Assembly: GCA_918797485.1 (NCBI GenBank)
Contig: CAKKNE010000003.1
Span: forward strand, 4,836,001 to 4,900,000
Origin: Pelagomonas calceolata
Lineage: Eukaryota
Reading direction: 5' to 3'
Length of the DNA stretch: 64,000 bases
The stretch's first letter is position 1, and each line of letters opens with the position of its first letter. The notes under the pieces were generated by a model. It saw only the letters and a program-made list of their open reading frames with translations, made no database searches and had not been told where the DNA came from. The position numbers were made by a program, and so were the translations under genes. Positions 32,368-44,042 of the stretch are shown in pieces.

Positions 32368-32937
32368 CTACGCGGCGAGGCCCTTGAGGATGTGGACGCG
32401 CTTCGCAAGCCACGCCTTCTTGTCCGCCTTCATGGCGGACCCCTGCATGCCTTCGAGGCGCGCGAGTTCCTTCTCGACCGCCTCGCCGCCCTTGGCGATC
32501 ATCTTTGCGACGTAGGCGATCTCCTGGTCGTCGCAGCCCGAGCCCTCGGGGTCCTTGGCGTCGCACTTGGGCAACATATTGTCCTCGACGTGCTTCCGGA
32601 GCGCGTCCAGATCGCGCCCGCCCTGGTACGGTTTGGCGTCCTCCTTGCCCGCGCCATCCGTCCAGTACTTGATCGTGGGGTAGCCCCCGACGCCCATGTC
32701 GCTGCACAGGTCTTGGTGCTGCGTGCAGTCGACGTCGCCGATCAAAACCGACGGGTGCCCCTCGTACTCCCGCATGAGGCTGTCCCAGGCCGGTTTCATC
32801 GACTTGCAGTGCCCTCACCAGGGCGCCAGGAACTTGATGAAGCTGTTCTTGCCGGAGCCGAACACCTCTGCGTCGAAGGTGTCGCCCGAGAGCTCCAGGG
32901 CCGAGGCGGCCGCCGCTGCCAGCAGAAGGACGCGCAT
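32368..32937 (-). CDS. Secreted PDI/thioredoxin-like selenoprotein (WUGHC)
   Basis: MRVLLLAAAAASALEL..FIKFLAPW-TGA-GHCKSMKPAW..IGDVDCT..GYPTIKY; TGA at 32815..32817 (codon 41) sits exactly at the first Cys position of CxxC. Confidence 0.9.
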
Positions 32938-33135
32938 TGTGCGCGCCTGAGGGCCTACCATAGCGGCCGCCCCCCCTGCTGTCCGAGTCTAGAGTACCGT
33001 ACCATCTCACGAGGGTACCGTAGGTCTCATGAGACTGCGGCTCATGCTGCTACTTTTGACTATGGCTAACAAAGCTCGCTAAAGAAAGACAGTCGGTTGA
33101 GCTCTTGCGAGCATTTGCGCACCCGGAGAAGAAGA

Positions 33136-36100
33136 ATGACCGACATTGACGAGCTCTTCGGCGCCTTCGACGAGGCGCCGGCGACGCAGACCCCCGACGA
33201 GCGCGGCGCGGCGCGCAAGCGGTCGCGGAGCGAGGATGACGGCGCTGAGAGGGCGCCGCCGCAGCCGCGGCCCGCGGTGCGCGTGACCGATCCCGTCAAG
33301 GAGGACGAGAGGGGCCGCAACGTGACGAGCTTCGCGGCGTACCCGGCGGACTACGCGGCCCCGGCGCCGCGGCCGCCGCGGCCGGCGGCGCGGACGTGGC
33401 CGTTCGAGCTCGACGGCTTCCAGCGGCGGGCCGTCGCGTGCATCGACAAGACCGAGTCGGTGCTCGTGTCGGCGCACACGTCGGCGGGCAAGACGGTCTG
33501 CGCCGAGTACGCGATCGCGACGGCGCTCCGGGACGGGCAGCGCGTTGTCTACACCTCGCCGATTAAGGCGCTGTCCAACCAAAAGTTCCGCGACCTCCAG
33601 GAGATCTTCTCGGACGTGGGCCTGATGACGGGCGACATCACGATCAACCCCCAGGCGTCGTGCCTCGTGATGACGACGGAGATCCTCCGGTCCATGCTCT
33701 ATCGCGGGTCCGAGCTCGTGCGCGAGGTCAAGTGGGTCGCCGCGCGGCGTCCGTCCGTCCGTCTGTCGACCCAACTCGCGGGTCCGTCGTCGCAGGTCGT
33801 CTACGACGAGATCCACTACATGCGCGACCGCGAGCGCGGCGTCGTCTGGGAGGAGTCGATCATCCTGCTGCCGCACACGGTCCGCTTTGTGTTCCTGAGC
33901 GCGACGATCCCGAACGCGCGCGAGTTCGCGGCGTGGATCTGCCAGACGCACCGGCAGGCGTGCCACGTCGTCTACACCGACTACCGGCCCACGCCGCTCG
34001 TGCACTACGTGTTTGCGAGCGGCGGCGAGGGCCTGCACCTCGTCGTCGACGAGGCCGGCGCGTTCCGCGAGGCCAACTTCGAAACGGCGATGGCCTGCCT
34101 GGGCGGCGGCGCGACCGCGCCCGACGCTGACGACGCCGGAAAGCGTCGCCGGAGGCCCAGCGGCCGCCAGGCCGAGACGGACCTGAAGCGGATCGTCGGC
34201 GTCGTCCGCCAGCAGCAGTGGCAGCCCGCCATCGTCTTCGCCTTCTCCAAGGCGCAGTGCGAGCGCAACGCCGTCGCGCTCAAGGACGAGCCGTCGTTCA
34301 ACGCGCCGGACGAGGCGGACGTCGTCGAAAAGGTCTACGCGTCGGCGCTCGAGGCGCTGAGCGACGACGACAAGGCGCTGCCGCAGGTGACGACGCTGCT
34401 CCCGCTCCTGAAACGGGGCATCGGCATCCACCACGGCGGGCTGCTCCCCATCGTCAAGGAAGTCGTCGAAATCCTCTTCCAGGAGGGCCTCCTCAAGCTC
34501 CTGTTCGCCACGGAGACGTTCGCCATCGGCATCAACATGCCCGCGCGAACCGTTGTGTTCACGGAGACGCGCAAATTCGACGGCGCTCCCCCGCGCGCAT
34601 CGCAACGCTCGGGAGCTTTTCGCCTCGCCCGTCCTCGACGGCGACGGATTTCGGTCGCGTCGAAGGGACGTCTGCTTTGACTCGGACCGCTGACCGACGC
34701 GTCGCGCAGGCGCCGACTTTCGGTGGCTCACGGCGGGCGAGTACATCCAGATGAGCGGCCGCGCGGGCCGGCGCGGAAAGGACGACAAGGGCATCGTGCT
34801 GCAGGTCCTCGACGAGAAGATGGAGCCGGCGGTGGCCAAGGGCATCTTGTACGGCGAGGCGGACCGCCTCGACTCGTCGTACCACGTGACGTACAACATG
34901 CTCTTGAATTTGCTGCGCGTCGAGGGCGCGGACCCGGACTATCTCGTCCGTTCCTCCTTCCACCAGTACCAGCAGGAGGCCGACGCGCCGGCCTTGGTGG
35001 CGGAGGCGACGGCGCTGGAGGCTCAAGCGGAGGCGCTGGGCGAGGGCGGCGACGTGGCCGACGCGGCGGCGACGAAGGCGCACGTCGCCGCGAGACGCCG
35101 GCTCGCGGCGGCGGAGGCCGACGTCCTCGCGCTCTCGCGGAAGCCGGCGCACTGCCTCCCGTGGCTCCAGCCGGGCCGGCTCGCGACGGTCGTCGCGCCC
35201 GCCGACTGGGCGCCGACCGGCGCCGCGGCGACGGCGCTGGGCCTCGGCGTCGTCGTCGCCGCGCGGAAGCCGAGAGAGGGTGAAGCGTTCGCGTCGGTCG
35301 ACGCCGGCGTCGCCTGTCGCGCTCTGGCGCCGGGAGACGCGGACCCGCGGCCCGCGCACGTCGTCGACGTCCTGGTCGCCGACGACGACGGCGGCGCGAA
35401 GCTGGCCTGCGTGCCCCTCGTCGCGCTCGCGGCGCTCTCGGCGGTGCGTGTCTTCATGCCGCCGGATCTGCGGCGACCCGAGGCTCGCGCGCGCGTCCGC
35501 CGCGCGGTCGACGAGGTCGCGCGCCGCTTCGCCGAGCGCCGCGAGGCGGTCCCCGAGCTCGACGACGCGCGCGACCTGGGTCTCGACGGCAAGGAGGCGG
35601 CGTACGGCGAGGCGGCGCGGCGCGTCGCGGCGCTCCGCGCGGAGCTCGCCGCGACGCCCGCCGGCGCGACGGTGGACGCGGACGCGTCCGCGGCCGTGCG
35701 CGAAGCCATGATTACGGTGCCTTCCACGCGGGAGAATCTTCGACTGGTTCTGCGCGTCCATCAAAAACGACCGCGTCGCCGCTGTTCTGGATGACTCACA
35801 CGCAGGTTCGAGGCGCGCGAGGCGCTGGCGGAGCGCGCGCGCGCGCTGCGCCGGCGCGCGCGCGACGCGCAGGCGCTCGTGCTCCGCGACGAGCTCCGGA
35901 AGATGCGGAAGGTGCTTCGCGCGCTGGGGCACGTCACGCGCGAGGGCGTCATCGCGCTCAAAGGCCGCGCCGCCTGCGAGCTCAACACGGCCGACGAGTT
36001 GGTCGTGGGCGAGCTGCTGATGGAGGGCGTCTTCCAGGACCTCGACGCGGCCGTCGCCGTCGCGCTCCTCAGCTGCCTGTGTCACACGGAGAAGGCCAAG

Positions 36101-36475
36101 GAGGGCGCGCCGCCGTTGCGCGGCGCACTCCAGGCCGCCTACGAGCAGCTCCGCGCCGCGGCGACGACGGTCGCGCGCGCCTGCGTCGCCGCCGGGCTCC
36201 CCGTCGACGAGGTCGAATACGTCGACCGCTTCAATCCCGACCTGATGGAGGTGCTTTTCCAGTGGACGAACGGCGCGAAGTTCGTCGACCTCACGAAACT
36301 CACCGACGCCTTCGAAGGCACCATCATCCGCGTGATCCGGCGCCTCGACGAGCTCCTGCGCCAGCTCGCGTCCGCGGCCTTCGCGGTGGGCAACTTTGAG
36401 CTCAAGGCCAAGTTCGACGACGCGTCCGCGAAGATCAAGCGCGACATCGTCTTCGCGGCGAGCTTGTATCTGTGA
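33136..36475 (+). CDS. MTR4: Exosome RNA helicase MTR4; introns 33736..33795, 34583..34709 (GC-AG), ~35686..35805
   Basis: [56 protein letters not shown]. Confidence 0.95.
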
Positions 36476-36624
36476 TATCTCGGTGGGCTGCTGTCGTCGT
36501 CGCGAGTGACGACCACAGCCCGCTGCCCAGGGTGTGGGTGTGTGTCGTTCGGAGCAGTGCTACTACCCGGCCCGGGCGGGTGGATCACCCAGAGAACTCC
36601 GGAGGTGGAGCGGCCCAGGCCCAC

Positions 36625-36760
36625 GCGAGTGGCCTATGGCCCCCTTCCCTACCCCTCTATAAGCTCCTGAGGCTAATATCCGGTACTGACGGGTATTTAC
36701 CCGGGTCAATGACCCTGGGCCGCGCCAGGGGTTAATACCCGTAGGGTAAGTGGGACCTAG
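36625..36760 (+). mobile_element. Degraded partial copy of MITE family A
   Basis: CCTACCCCTCTATAAG...CCTGAGG...GCGCCAGGGGT...CCTAG similarity. Confidence 0.6.
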
Positions 36761-36879
36761 GCTAGAGGGGTGTTTTCGCTACGTGGCGACCAATCCGCTC
36801 GCCTTGACGCTCGCCTAAGTAGCCGAGCTCTAGTAAGCAAAGCAAATAAACATAAATAGGGGCCAACAAATCATGATAA

Positions 36880-36887
36880 GGCCCAAA

Positions 36888-36926
<39 letters not shown>

Positions 36927-37077
36927 ATACCTAGGTAAATAAATAAATAAATAAATAAAGGAAGACCTAAAAAAAAGGAACAAGCTCCTAAGAGCCTTCT
37001 CCCTGCTCGGTCAGGATGCCCAACCGGAGCTTCGAAATAGCAATAAGGTATCTATACACAGTATTCTCAGTCTCGTA
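36880..37077 (-). mobile_element. LINE-like 3' end with (TTTA)n tail
   Basis: Reverse complement of 26237-26350 followed by an (ATAA)n array. Confidence 0.7.
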
Positions 37078-37213
37078 CCTCCGCCCTTCCCGAAGAGACG
37101 ATGGGCACCGGCAAATAAGGGAAAGCTTCTAGAAATTTATCTATTTATCTCAGGCCCGGGTTATTTATTTAATTCCAATTCGCGAGAAAGACACCGGGCA
37201 AGAAAACGCGACA

Positions 37214-38107
37214 TCAGTCAAACCTCAAAAGTTTTTCCTGGCTGGACCAGTACCCGGCCGTCGCCGGTCGCGCGAAGAGGGCGACCGAGGGATCGCGGCA
37301 CGAGAGGCGGCCCGTGTAGGCCTCGGCAGTCGCGTGTCGTTGTAGTACATTCCCGGGCGATACGCGCGGCGGTGGGTTACTGGCTGTACGGGGTCGATAG
37401 GACGTCGTAGAGACGCGGGCCTGAGTTCGCACGCCCGCGCGCGACGCCTTTTCGAGTCCCGCCTGGCACGCATCGAGCTGCGCGAGCTCGCACGCGACGG
37501 CATCATCACCGACGATCTGGCTCAGGACGGCGCGTGACGACTTCGGCGGCGACCGCACTGGCCGCGACACCCGGTCACGCACGCGCCGGAGATTCGCGTC
37601 GGCGCCGGCGCCGCGCGACCTCGTCTCGCTGGGGAGACCGAGATTCTCGCCCGGGTCGGCGGACAAGAACGCGTCTGCTTCCAGGTCCTCGAGTTCGCCC
37701 GAGCTGGGCGTGCCGACGACGGCCGACCGTTTGCTTTGCGTCGGACGGTCCGGCGTGCGCATCTTCCGCACCCGCGCATCGGCTGCCGCTTTGGCCTGCG
37801 GAGTCTGTCCGAGAATCTCGTCCCGGAGGAGCTGCGCCGAACGCCGGGCCGTCCGCAACGCAGCCGTCAGCTCGGCGACTTCTGGCGCGTGGGATGGCCG
37901 CTGCACGAGCCGCCCCGGGTCCCTCAGGCCGCCGAAGCGGGGCTGTGCTGCGAGCCGGCGGCCGAGGGTCGCGAGTTCGCACGCCTTGCGGGCCTGGCGC
38001 GCCCGCCCGCTCAGGGCATTTTGGTACAGCGCGTTGTATAATTCTGGAAACTCCTCGTCGAAGTCGTCGAGCACGTATTCCGTAGAGGACGATATTTCTC
38101 TGGCCAT
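37214..38107 (-). CDS. Hypothetical protein
   Basis: ORF filling a GC-rich island between AT-rich spacers; no recognised domain. Confidence 0.5.
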   Translation of the reverse strand: MAREISSSTEYVLDDFDEEFPELYNALYQNALSGRARQARKACELATLGRRLAAQPRFGGLRDPGRLVQRPSHAPEVAELTAALRTARRSAQLLRDEILGQTPQAKAAADARVRKMRTPDRPTQSKRSAVVGTPSSGELEDLEADAFLSADPGENLGLPSETRSRGAGADANLRRVRDRVSRPVRSPPKSSRAVLSQIVGDDAVACELAQLDACQAGLEKASRAGVRTQARVSTTSYRPRTASNPPPRVSPGNVLQRHATAEAYTGRLSCRDPSVALFARPATAGYWSSQEKLLRFD

Positions 38108-38481
38108 CTTCCTGTGTTGCTCGTGGATTAGGACCAATTTAGGTGAAGATACCTACCGTAGGTACCTACGGTACCTACCTACGGTACGGTACCGAAGCTG
38201 AGCTTATTGCAGCATCATCTGCCTGTGATAAAGCACTTTTTGTTCTTCCACCTACGTGGATCCCTGCCGTTGTTGAAAAGTTCAAGTTTGGAAACATCGA
38301 CCCTTACCTTACCTATCATGATCCCTCTATTTGTCGACTCGGACAACTTGAACCTCAGAAGGCTTGCTGCTCCGAGTCTCAGGCTGGACTCGGAGCGCCG
38401 ACCGTGCCAGGACCGTGACTCGGACGGGATTAAATTGCCTGGCCCTGGGCCGAGTTGAGTCACACCATCAGTTTAGAACCA

Positions 38482-39429
38482 TCACTTAAGTATAAAGCCC
38501 GTGTCGGAGTCGTCGGAGTCGTCGTTCGACTGCGCGTGCTCCTGGACGAGCTTGCGCCGCCGTAACTCTAAGAAGCGGTGGAACTTGGCCATGGAGAGGC
38601 CCGGCAAGCCCAAAAGCCGCGGCGGCGGGCCGCCGGCCACGGCCGCGACGGGCACGATGGTCGCGTCCCGCCGCGCGCGCAGCAGAAAGGGCGCCGAGTA
38701 GCGCACGGACTCGGCCGCGCCCGCGGTGAGCGCCACGCGGTGGACCGCCGCCTCGTAGAAGCTCTTGCTGAGCACCTGGAGGAACTCGCCGCAGAACACC
38801 AGGACATCCGTGCCGCTGTCGCGGCCCCGCTCGGGCGATGTCCAGGTGCCGTGGTCCAAGACCTCCAAGCCGGGCGTCGCCGCGCAAGGGGCCGCGGTAC
38901 AGAACGTGGTATCAGTGTGCGCCCCGAAGCAGACGCGCTTACGCGGCTCGCCCGCCGGCGCCACATATCTACAAAGCCGCAGCACGGACGCCGAGAGCTT
39001 CGGCCGGCCCGGTTCGTCTAACAGATTCAAGAGCGTCTCCGGCGCGGCGCCCAGCGGCCCGCAGGCGGCTTTTAGGGCGGCGCGTGCACACCTCTCGAGG
39101 TGGTCGAACGCGCACCGCACGCCGTCGCCGAGCGGCGGCCGCACCTCGTCGCAGATCGCGCGCGTCTCCAAGAAATCGCGCGCGCCGTGCTGGCGATGGC
39201 CGACCTCCAGGCCGCCCAGCCGCTCGAGCGGCCAGGTGTCTGCGGTCGCGAGGCCGGCCGCGGAACCCTTCCAGAGCTCGCGCAGGACAGCCCTGTCCGC
39301 GAGGCGCACGACGCAGGCGACCCCAGCCTTCCAGGCCTCGACGACGGCCGCGCAGGCGTCGGCGTCCCCCGCCTCGAGCGCCGCGAAGGGAATGATTTTT
39401 GGTGCGGACGCGGCGTCGGGCGCGGCCAT
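38482..39429 (-). CDS. 2OG-Fe(II) oxygenase, IPNS/DIOX-like
   Basis: LRLCRY, FGAHTD, GLEV, GEFLQ, HRV, RYS. Confidence 0.85.
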   Translation of the reverse strand: MAAPDAASAPKIIPFAALEAGDADACAAVVEAWKAGVACVVRLADRAVLRELWKGSAAGLATADTWPLERLGGLEVGHRQHGARDFLETRAICDEVRPPLGDGVRCAFDHLERCARAALKAACGPLGAAPETLLNLLDEPGRPKLSASVLRLCRYVAPAGEPRKRVCFGAHTDTTFCTAAPCAATPGLEVLDHGTWTSPERGRDSGTDVLVFCGEFLQVLSKSFYEAAVHRVALTAGAAESVRYSAPFLLRARRDATIVPVAAVAGGPPPRLLGLPGLSMAKFHRFLELRRRKLVQEHAQSNDDSDDSDTGFILK

Positions 39430-39511
39430 GTTTAGGAAGGCTGCCCCGCGCTGGCTTGGACAATGATTCCTTCCGTTCCTTCCGCCAGTGCGGTACCGTA
39501 GGTACCGACGT

Positions 39512-40100
39512 TAGAGAGAGAAACCTACTAGCCCTTCCTACCTTAGATATGTATCTCCCACTCTCTAATATTTGAGTCTATACAGCGAGTGTCTTTGACG
39601 CTACGGTGTAACAACAGTTCACTATAAAACACTCTCGTAGTCAGGTTGGCCCATAGTGGTTGGCCCAGCCCTCGGCTGGTGAGCTAGGACCCTGCGGCTA
39701 CTTTACACTGGCATAACGCTGCGACATGCTCTTGCTAGGTTATGGGCCCACAGGGTTCTGCCTATTGACGTAGAGTGTTTTACAGTGAATGCCTAGACAA
39801 GACAAAACACCTAAAAAGAAATCCAAAAAGAAATCACCCCAAAAGATCGAAGAAAGTGAATACCCACTGGCAGCGATGGATCAAGCTGAAATGAATCGGC
39901 TCATACAAAACGGTGTCGAACACGTACAAGCTGAGCTCCAGCAGAAACACGAAGAACATATCAAAGCGCTGGAAGCAAACCGCGAAGCGCAAATCAAAGT
40001 AGTGCCAGTGGAGGATAGGCTCACCAAGAAATTTCAAGTTGATGAGCCCAGACATTGGTGGCCACAAGTATCACATGCAGGTACACGAAGCTATATTTGA
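39512..40100 (+). mobile_element. 5' LTR (39512..39737) + PBS + truncated gag-like ORF (39789..40100)
   Basis: LTR homology, GGTTATGGGCCCA, MPRQDKTPKKKS. Confidence 0.85.
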
Positions 40101-40362
40101 CAAAGAACAAATTAGAGTTGCAGCTCATTTAATCCAGTGGTACGGACCACATCAGACACACTCCGACGAATTAAATCGTGCGCTTCGGCACAAAAAAGTC
40201 TAAGTTGCACCTGTCCGCCCGGCCGCCCGCCGGGGGCCGCCTTCTAGAAGACTCGAAGCCCTAGCGGGAGTACGCGATATACACAGAGTCCCCGAGTCGA
40301 GAGAATATTGAACGACCTATGGAGGCCCATATATGGCAGTCTCGCGACCGGGAGGTCACAAG

Positions 40363-41821
40363 CTAGGGTGGCGGCGGTGGTGGCAGCCCGGTGGCTTGGT
40401 TGCCAAAAGTGATACCGCCGTCCTTGCTCTGGACGCGCTCCATGGTGCCCGCGCTCCCGGCGTTCAGGAGCGTGCCGTCGCCGCCGGAGCCGGCGCCGGC
40501 CGCCTCGTTGCCGAACGTGATGCCGGCCGCGAGCTTGGTGACGCGCTCCATGGTCGCGGCGGAGCCCGCGTTGAGGAGCGTGCCGTCGCTGCCGGTTCCG
40601 GTACCGGCCGCCTCGTTGCCGAACGTGATGCCGGCCTTGCCCACGTTGGAGCGCTCCATGGTCGCGGCGGAGCCCGCGTTGACCAACGTGGTGCCGCCGC
40701 CGGAGCCGGCACCAGCCGCCTCGTTGCCGAACGTGATGCCGGCCTTGCCCACGTTGGAGCGCTCCATGGTCGCGGCGGAGCCCGCGTTGACCAGCGTGGT
40801 GCCGCCGCCGACGCCGGCGCCGGCCGCCTCGTTGCCGAACATGATGCCGGCCTTGCGACCCTGAACGCGCTCCATGGTCGCGGCGGAGCCCGCGTTGACC
40901 AGCGTGCCGCCGCCGCCGGAGCCGGCGCCGGCCGCCTCGTTGCCGAATGTGATGCCGGCTTTGCGGCCCTGAACGCGCTCCATGGTGCCCGCGCTCCCGA
41001 CGTTCAGGAGCGTGCCGTCGCCGCCGACGCCGGCGCCGGCGGCCGCGTTGCCGAACGTGATGCCGCGCTGCGAGCCGGCGACGCGCTCCATGGTATCCGC
41101 GGAGCCCGCGGAGAGCAGCGTCATGCCGCCGACGCCCGCCCCGGCGGCCGAGTTGCCGAAGGTGATGCCGCCCCGGCTGCCCTGGACGCGCTCCATGGTA
41201 TCCGCGGAGCCCGCGGAGAGCAGCGTCATGCCGCCCACGCCGGCCCCCGCGGCCGAGTTGCCGAAGGTGATGCCGCTGGAGGACTCGCCGACGCGTTCCA
41301 TCGTCCCAGACGACCCCTGCATGAGCATCGAGCCTCGATCCGCCCGCGCCTGCCGGAGCTTCTGCTCGTCCGTCCACACGCGCGTGTTTTTCGTCGCGTA
41401 CTTGTTCTTGCCGAAGACCGGAACGGCCACGCCCTGGGCCTGGCACAGGCCGCCAAGGGACTCCAGCGTGTTGAGCACCTCCTTTCGACAATCTCCCTCG
41501 TCGAAGAGTTTCTTGGCGCCGAAGCAGTCCGACGCCGGCATGCCCATGGCCTGGCAGCCCTTGAGGAACATGTTGATGTTGTCGATCTGCCGAAAGGCCA
41601 TGGTCGACTCGGAAACCTTCTTGACGCTACCGGGCTTGATCGCGTTGATCAGCTTGCACAGCCGCACCTGCGGGCGGGCGGCGTCGGCGCGGGGCGCGCG
41701 AAATTGCGGGGACGCCGCGGCGCGCCCCGGTCTTCAGGTTCGCGAGGAAACTGAGCGAGTCGTCGAACGGGTCGTGCGTCACCGCCTCGATCCAGGCCTG
41801 CGCCTCCTCCGTGTCGTCCAT
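40363..41821 (-). CDS. Calponin-homology domain protein with ~8 tandem 39-40 aa repeats; GC-AG intron 41668..41725
   Basis: AQAWIE..LKTG|VRLCKLINAIKPG..NINMFL (CH domain); repeats TLLNAGSAxTMER..GITFGNEAAG. Confidence 0.85.
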
Positions 41822-42047
41822 GATGAGCTCGGCTGGCCACGCGCAAAGCTACTCGCGGCGTTTGGCCGATGCTTGAGAGATGGTTGGCTGCGCACCGCGC
41901 GCCACGGCTTGCGCTCCTCCAGTGCGAGCTTAGCTAGCTCCGCAGGACGTGACCGCTCCTGCCGCGCGGGTTGTCACGAGTACTTTTATACGTCCGCAGA
42001 CGCCCAACTAGGAGCTCAACCTAGACTTGTGATTGAGAACAAGACAA

Positions 42048-43197
42048 ATGATTAGCGCGGTCTGCGCCGTCCCCCGCGGGGCCTGCGCGCCGCAGCCGCG
42101 GGCCGCGAAGGGGGGCGCCGCGGACAGCGACGCGGAGGACGACGCGGTCCGCGCGTCGGACGCCGTGTTCCTGGCGGGCCGCACCGAGGACGACTTCTCG
42201 TGCGTAGAAATGTACGTGTACGACGACGAGCAGGGGAGCCTCTACGTGCACCACGACGTTCGACTGGAGGCGTTCCCGCTGGCGCTCGCGTTCCTGCAGC
42301 ACGGCTCGGCGGGCGCCCGCGTCGCGGTCGGGACGATGGAGCCGCGCATCGACGTGTGGGATCTGGACGTCATGGAGCCCGCGGCGCCCGTCGCGAGCCT
42401 GGGCGGCGACGCGCCCACGGCCGCCGGGCGGAAGGCGCCGCGGCCGACGCCGGGCGCGCACGGCGACGCCGTGCTGTCCGTCTCGTGGCGACGCCACTCG
42501 CCGACGGTCCTCGCCTCCGGCTCCGCGGACCGCACCGTCAAGCTCTGGGATTTGAACGCACGCGCGTGTGCGGTGACGTGGACGCACCACGGCGACCGCG
42601 TGTCGAGCGCGCGGCGCCGGCGCCGACTCGAGCGTCGTCGGCCGGGGCGTCGACGCACGCGGAGACCCGTCGCAGGTCGCGTGGCACCCGGCCGAGCCCG
42701 CCTGCCTCGCCACGGGCGGCCACGACGGCCGCCTCGCGGTGCGCGACGCGCGACGCGCGACGGCGGGCGCGACGTTCGCCGCGGGAGGCCGCGTCGAGCA
42801 GGTCGCGTGGGACCCGTTCGTCGCGACGACGCTCGTGGCGGGCGACGAGACCGGCGGCGTCGTCGCGTTCGACGTCCGCGCGGCCGCCGCGCCGCTCTGG
42901 TCGCTTCGGGCGCACGGGGCGGCCGCGTCCGCCGTCTGCTTTTCCGAAACGGCCGCCGGGCTCCTCGCGACGGCGTCGGCGGACGCGTCGGTCAAGCTCT
43001 GGGACTGCGGCGGCGCGCCGGGGCCGCCTGCGCCCGTCGCGGCCCGGGACCTCGCCGTCGGCGAGCTTTTCGCGCTCGCGTTCGACGCGGTGGACCCCTT
43101 GGTGCTCGTGGCCGCCGGGGCTGGCGGGTCGGTCGCGCTCTGGGACGCGGCGGGCGACGGCGGCGCGGCGGCGGCCTGGCTCGCGGCGCAGGGGTAG
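42048..43197 (+). CDS. PWP1-like WD40 protein; GC-AG intron 42609..42675
   Basis: MISAVCAVPRG, LYVHHD, AFPL, AVGTMEPRIDVWDLD, LASGSADRTVKLWDL; spliced HGDRVSS|VAWHP. Confidence 0.85.
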
Positions 43198-43778
43198 TAC
43201 TAGTAATTTATTGTCATAGGGTGCTTTAAAATGCACCACTAGTTTTGTTTACGGTGTTTAATTACCAACTTGAACTTTAAGACGTAGGTTACGCACGGGG
43301 GGTGACGCCCAACCCCAAATTTGCCGTATCTCTATAACTAGACGTCTTGGCCGGTCGCAAATTGAGAATAGGGGCCCAACGTACCCCTCTAGGACGTGAC
43401 CGAAACGGGTAAGCGAAATGATTAGGTTTGGAAATTTTAGTGGCCTGCGAAGGTCGCGCCAGTGGCGTTCGTGCCGCGTCAGGCGACCTATCTGACAGCC
43501 CATCGGGTACCCGGCCGCGCCTACGCATCCGCCCCACGCCATAGGTACCCGAGGGCCCCTGGGAGACCAAATTACCAGCATAGAAGCGAGTTTTGATTTT
43601 TCAGTCCAGAGGTCCCTGAAATACCCGCACGTTAGCCCCCAGATGCAAGGAGCTCTAATTCTAGTTGTACTTAGTACCTCTTGCCAGATGGGCAACTTCG
43701 CGACCGCGTCTCGCCGCGAAAGTGGACCCTTCCCCCCAGCCCGGTCATGGGGCGTACAAAGGGACTCTTTGGGACCCC

Positions 43779-43884
43779 TAACAACAGTTCACTATAAAAC
43801 ACTCTCGTAGTCAGGTCTAGCCAGCCCTCGGCTGGTTAGCTAACACCCTGCTACTTTACATAACGCTGCGACATACTCTTGCTA
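43779..43884 (+). mobile_element. 3' half of solo LTR
   Basis: Matches the 3' half of the 9373..9578 LTR. Confidence 0.85.
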
Positions 43885-44042
43885 CCGCAGTACCTACGGT
43901 ATTCATATTCAAGAAGGTCACGGTAATTCAAGTTGCACTCAGCGGCACTTGTAGTACTTAATATCCCTTAGAAGTATACCTATCTTATTTATACCACAGC
44001 TTCTACCACAGTTCTGCGCCGCACTGGTGGAGCCCGCCGTGA

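Noticed and set aside
32815..32817. PDI pseudogene via premature stop
   Set aside because: TGA is precisely at the catalytic Cys, the rest of the frame is intact and a SECIS-like hairpin follows.
34560..34760. MTR4 (and RPE, LHC, PWP1, CNOT9) as frameshifted pseudogenes
   Set aside because: Breaks are resolved by short GT/GC-AG introns that restore conserved motifs.
40385..41320. CRISPR-like periodicity
   Set aside because: In-frame coding repeat with no unique spacers; eukaryotic context; no cas genes.
43577..43605. Shared GCATAGAAGCGAGTTTTGATTTT at ~43578 and ~53007 as ends of one large transposon
   Set aside because: Same orientation, no partner TIR or TSD found; likely separate truncated elements.
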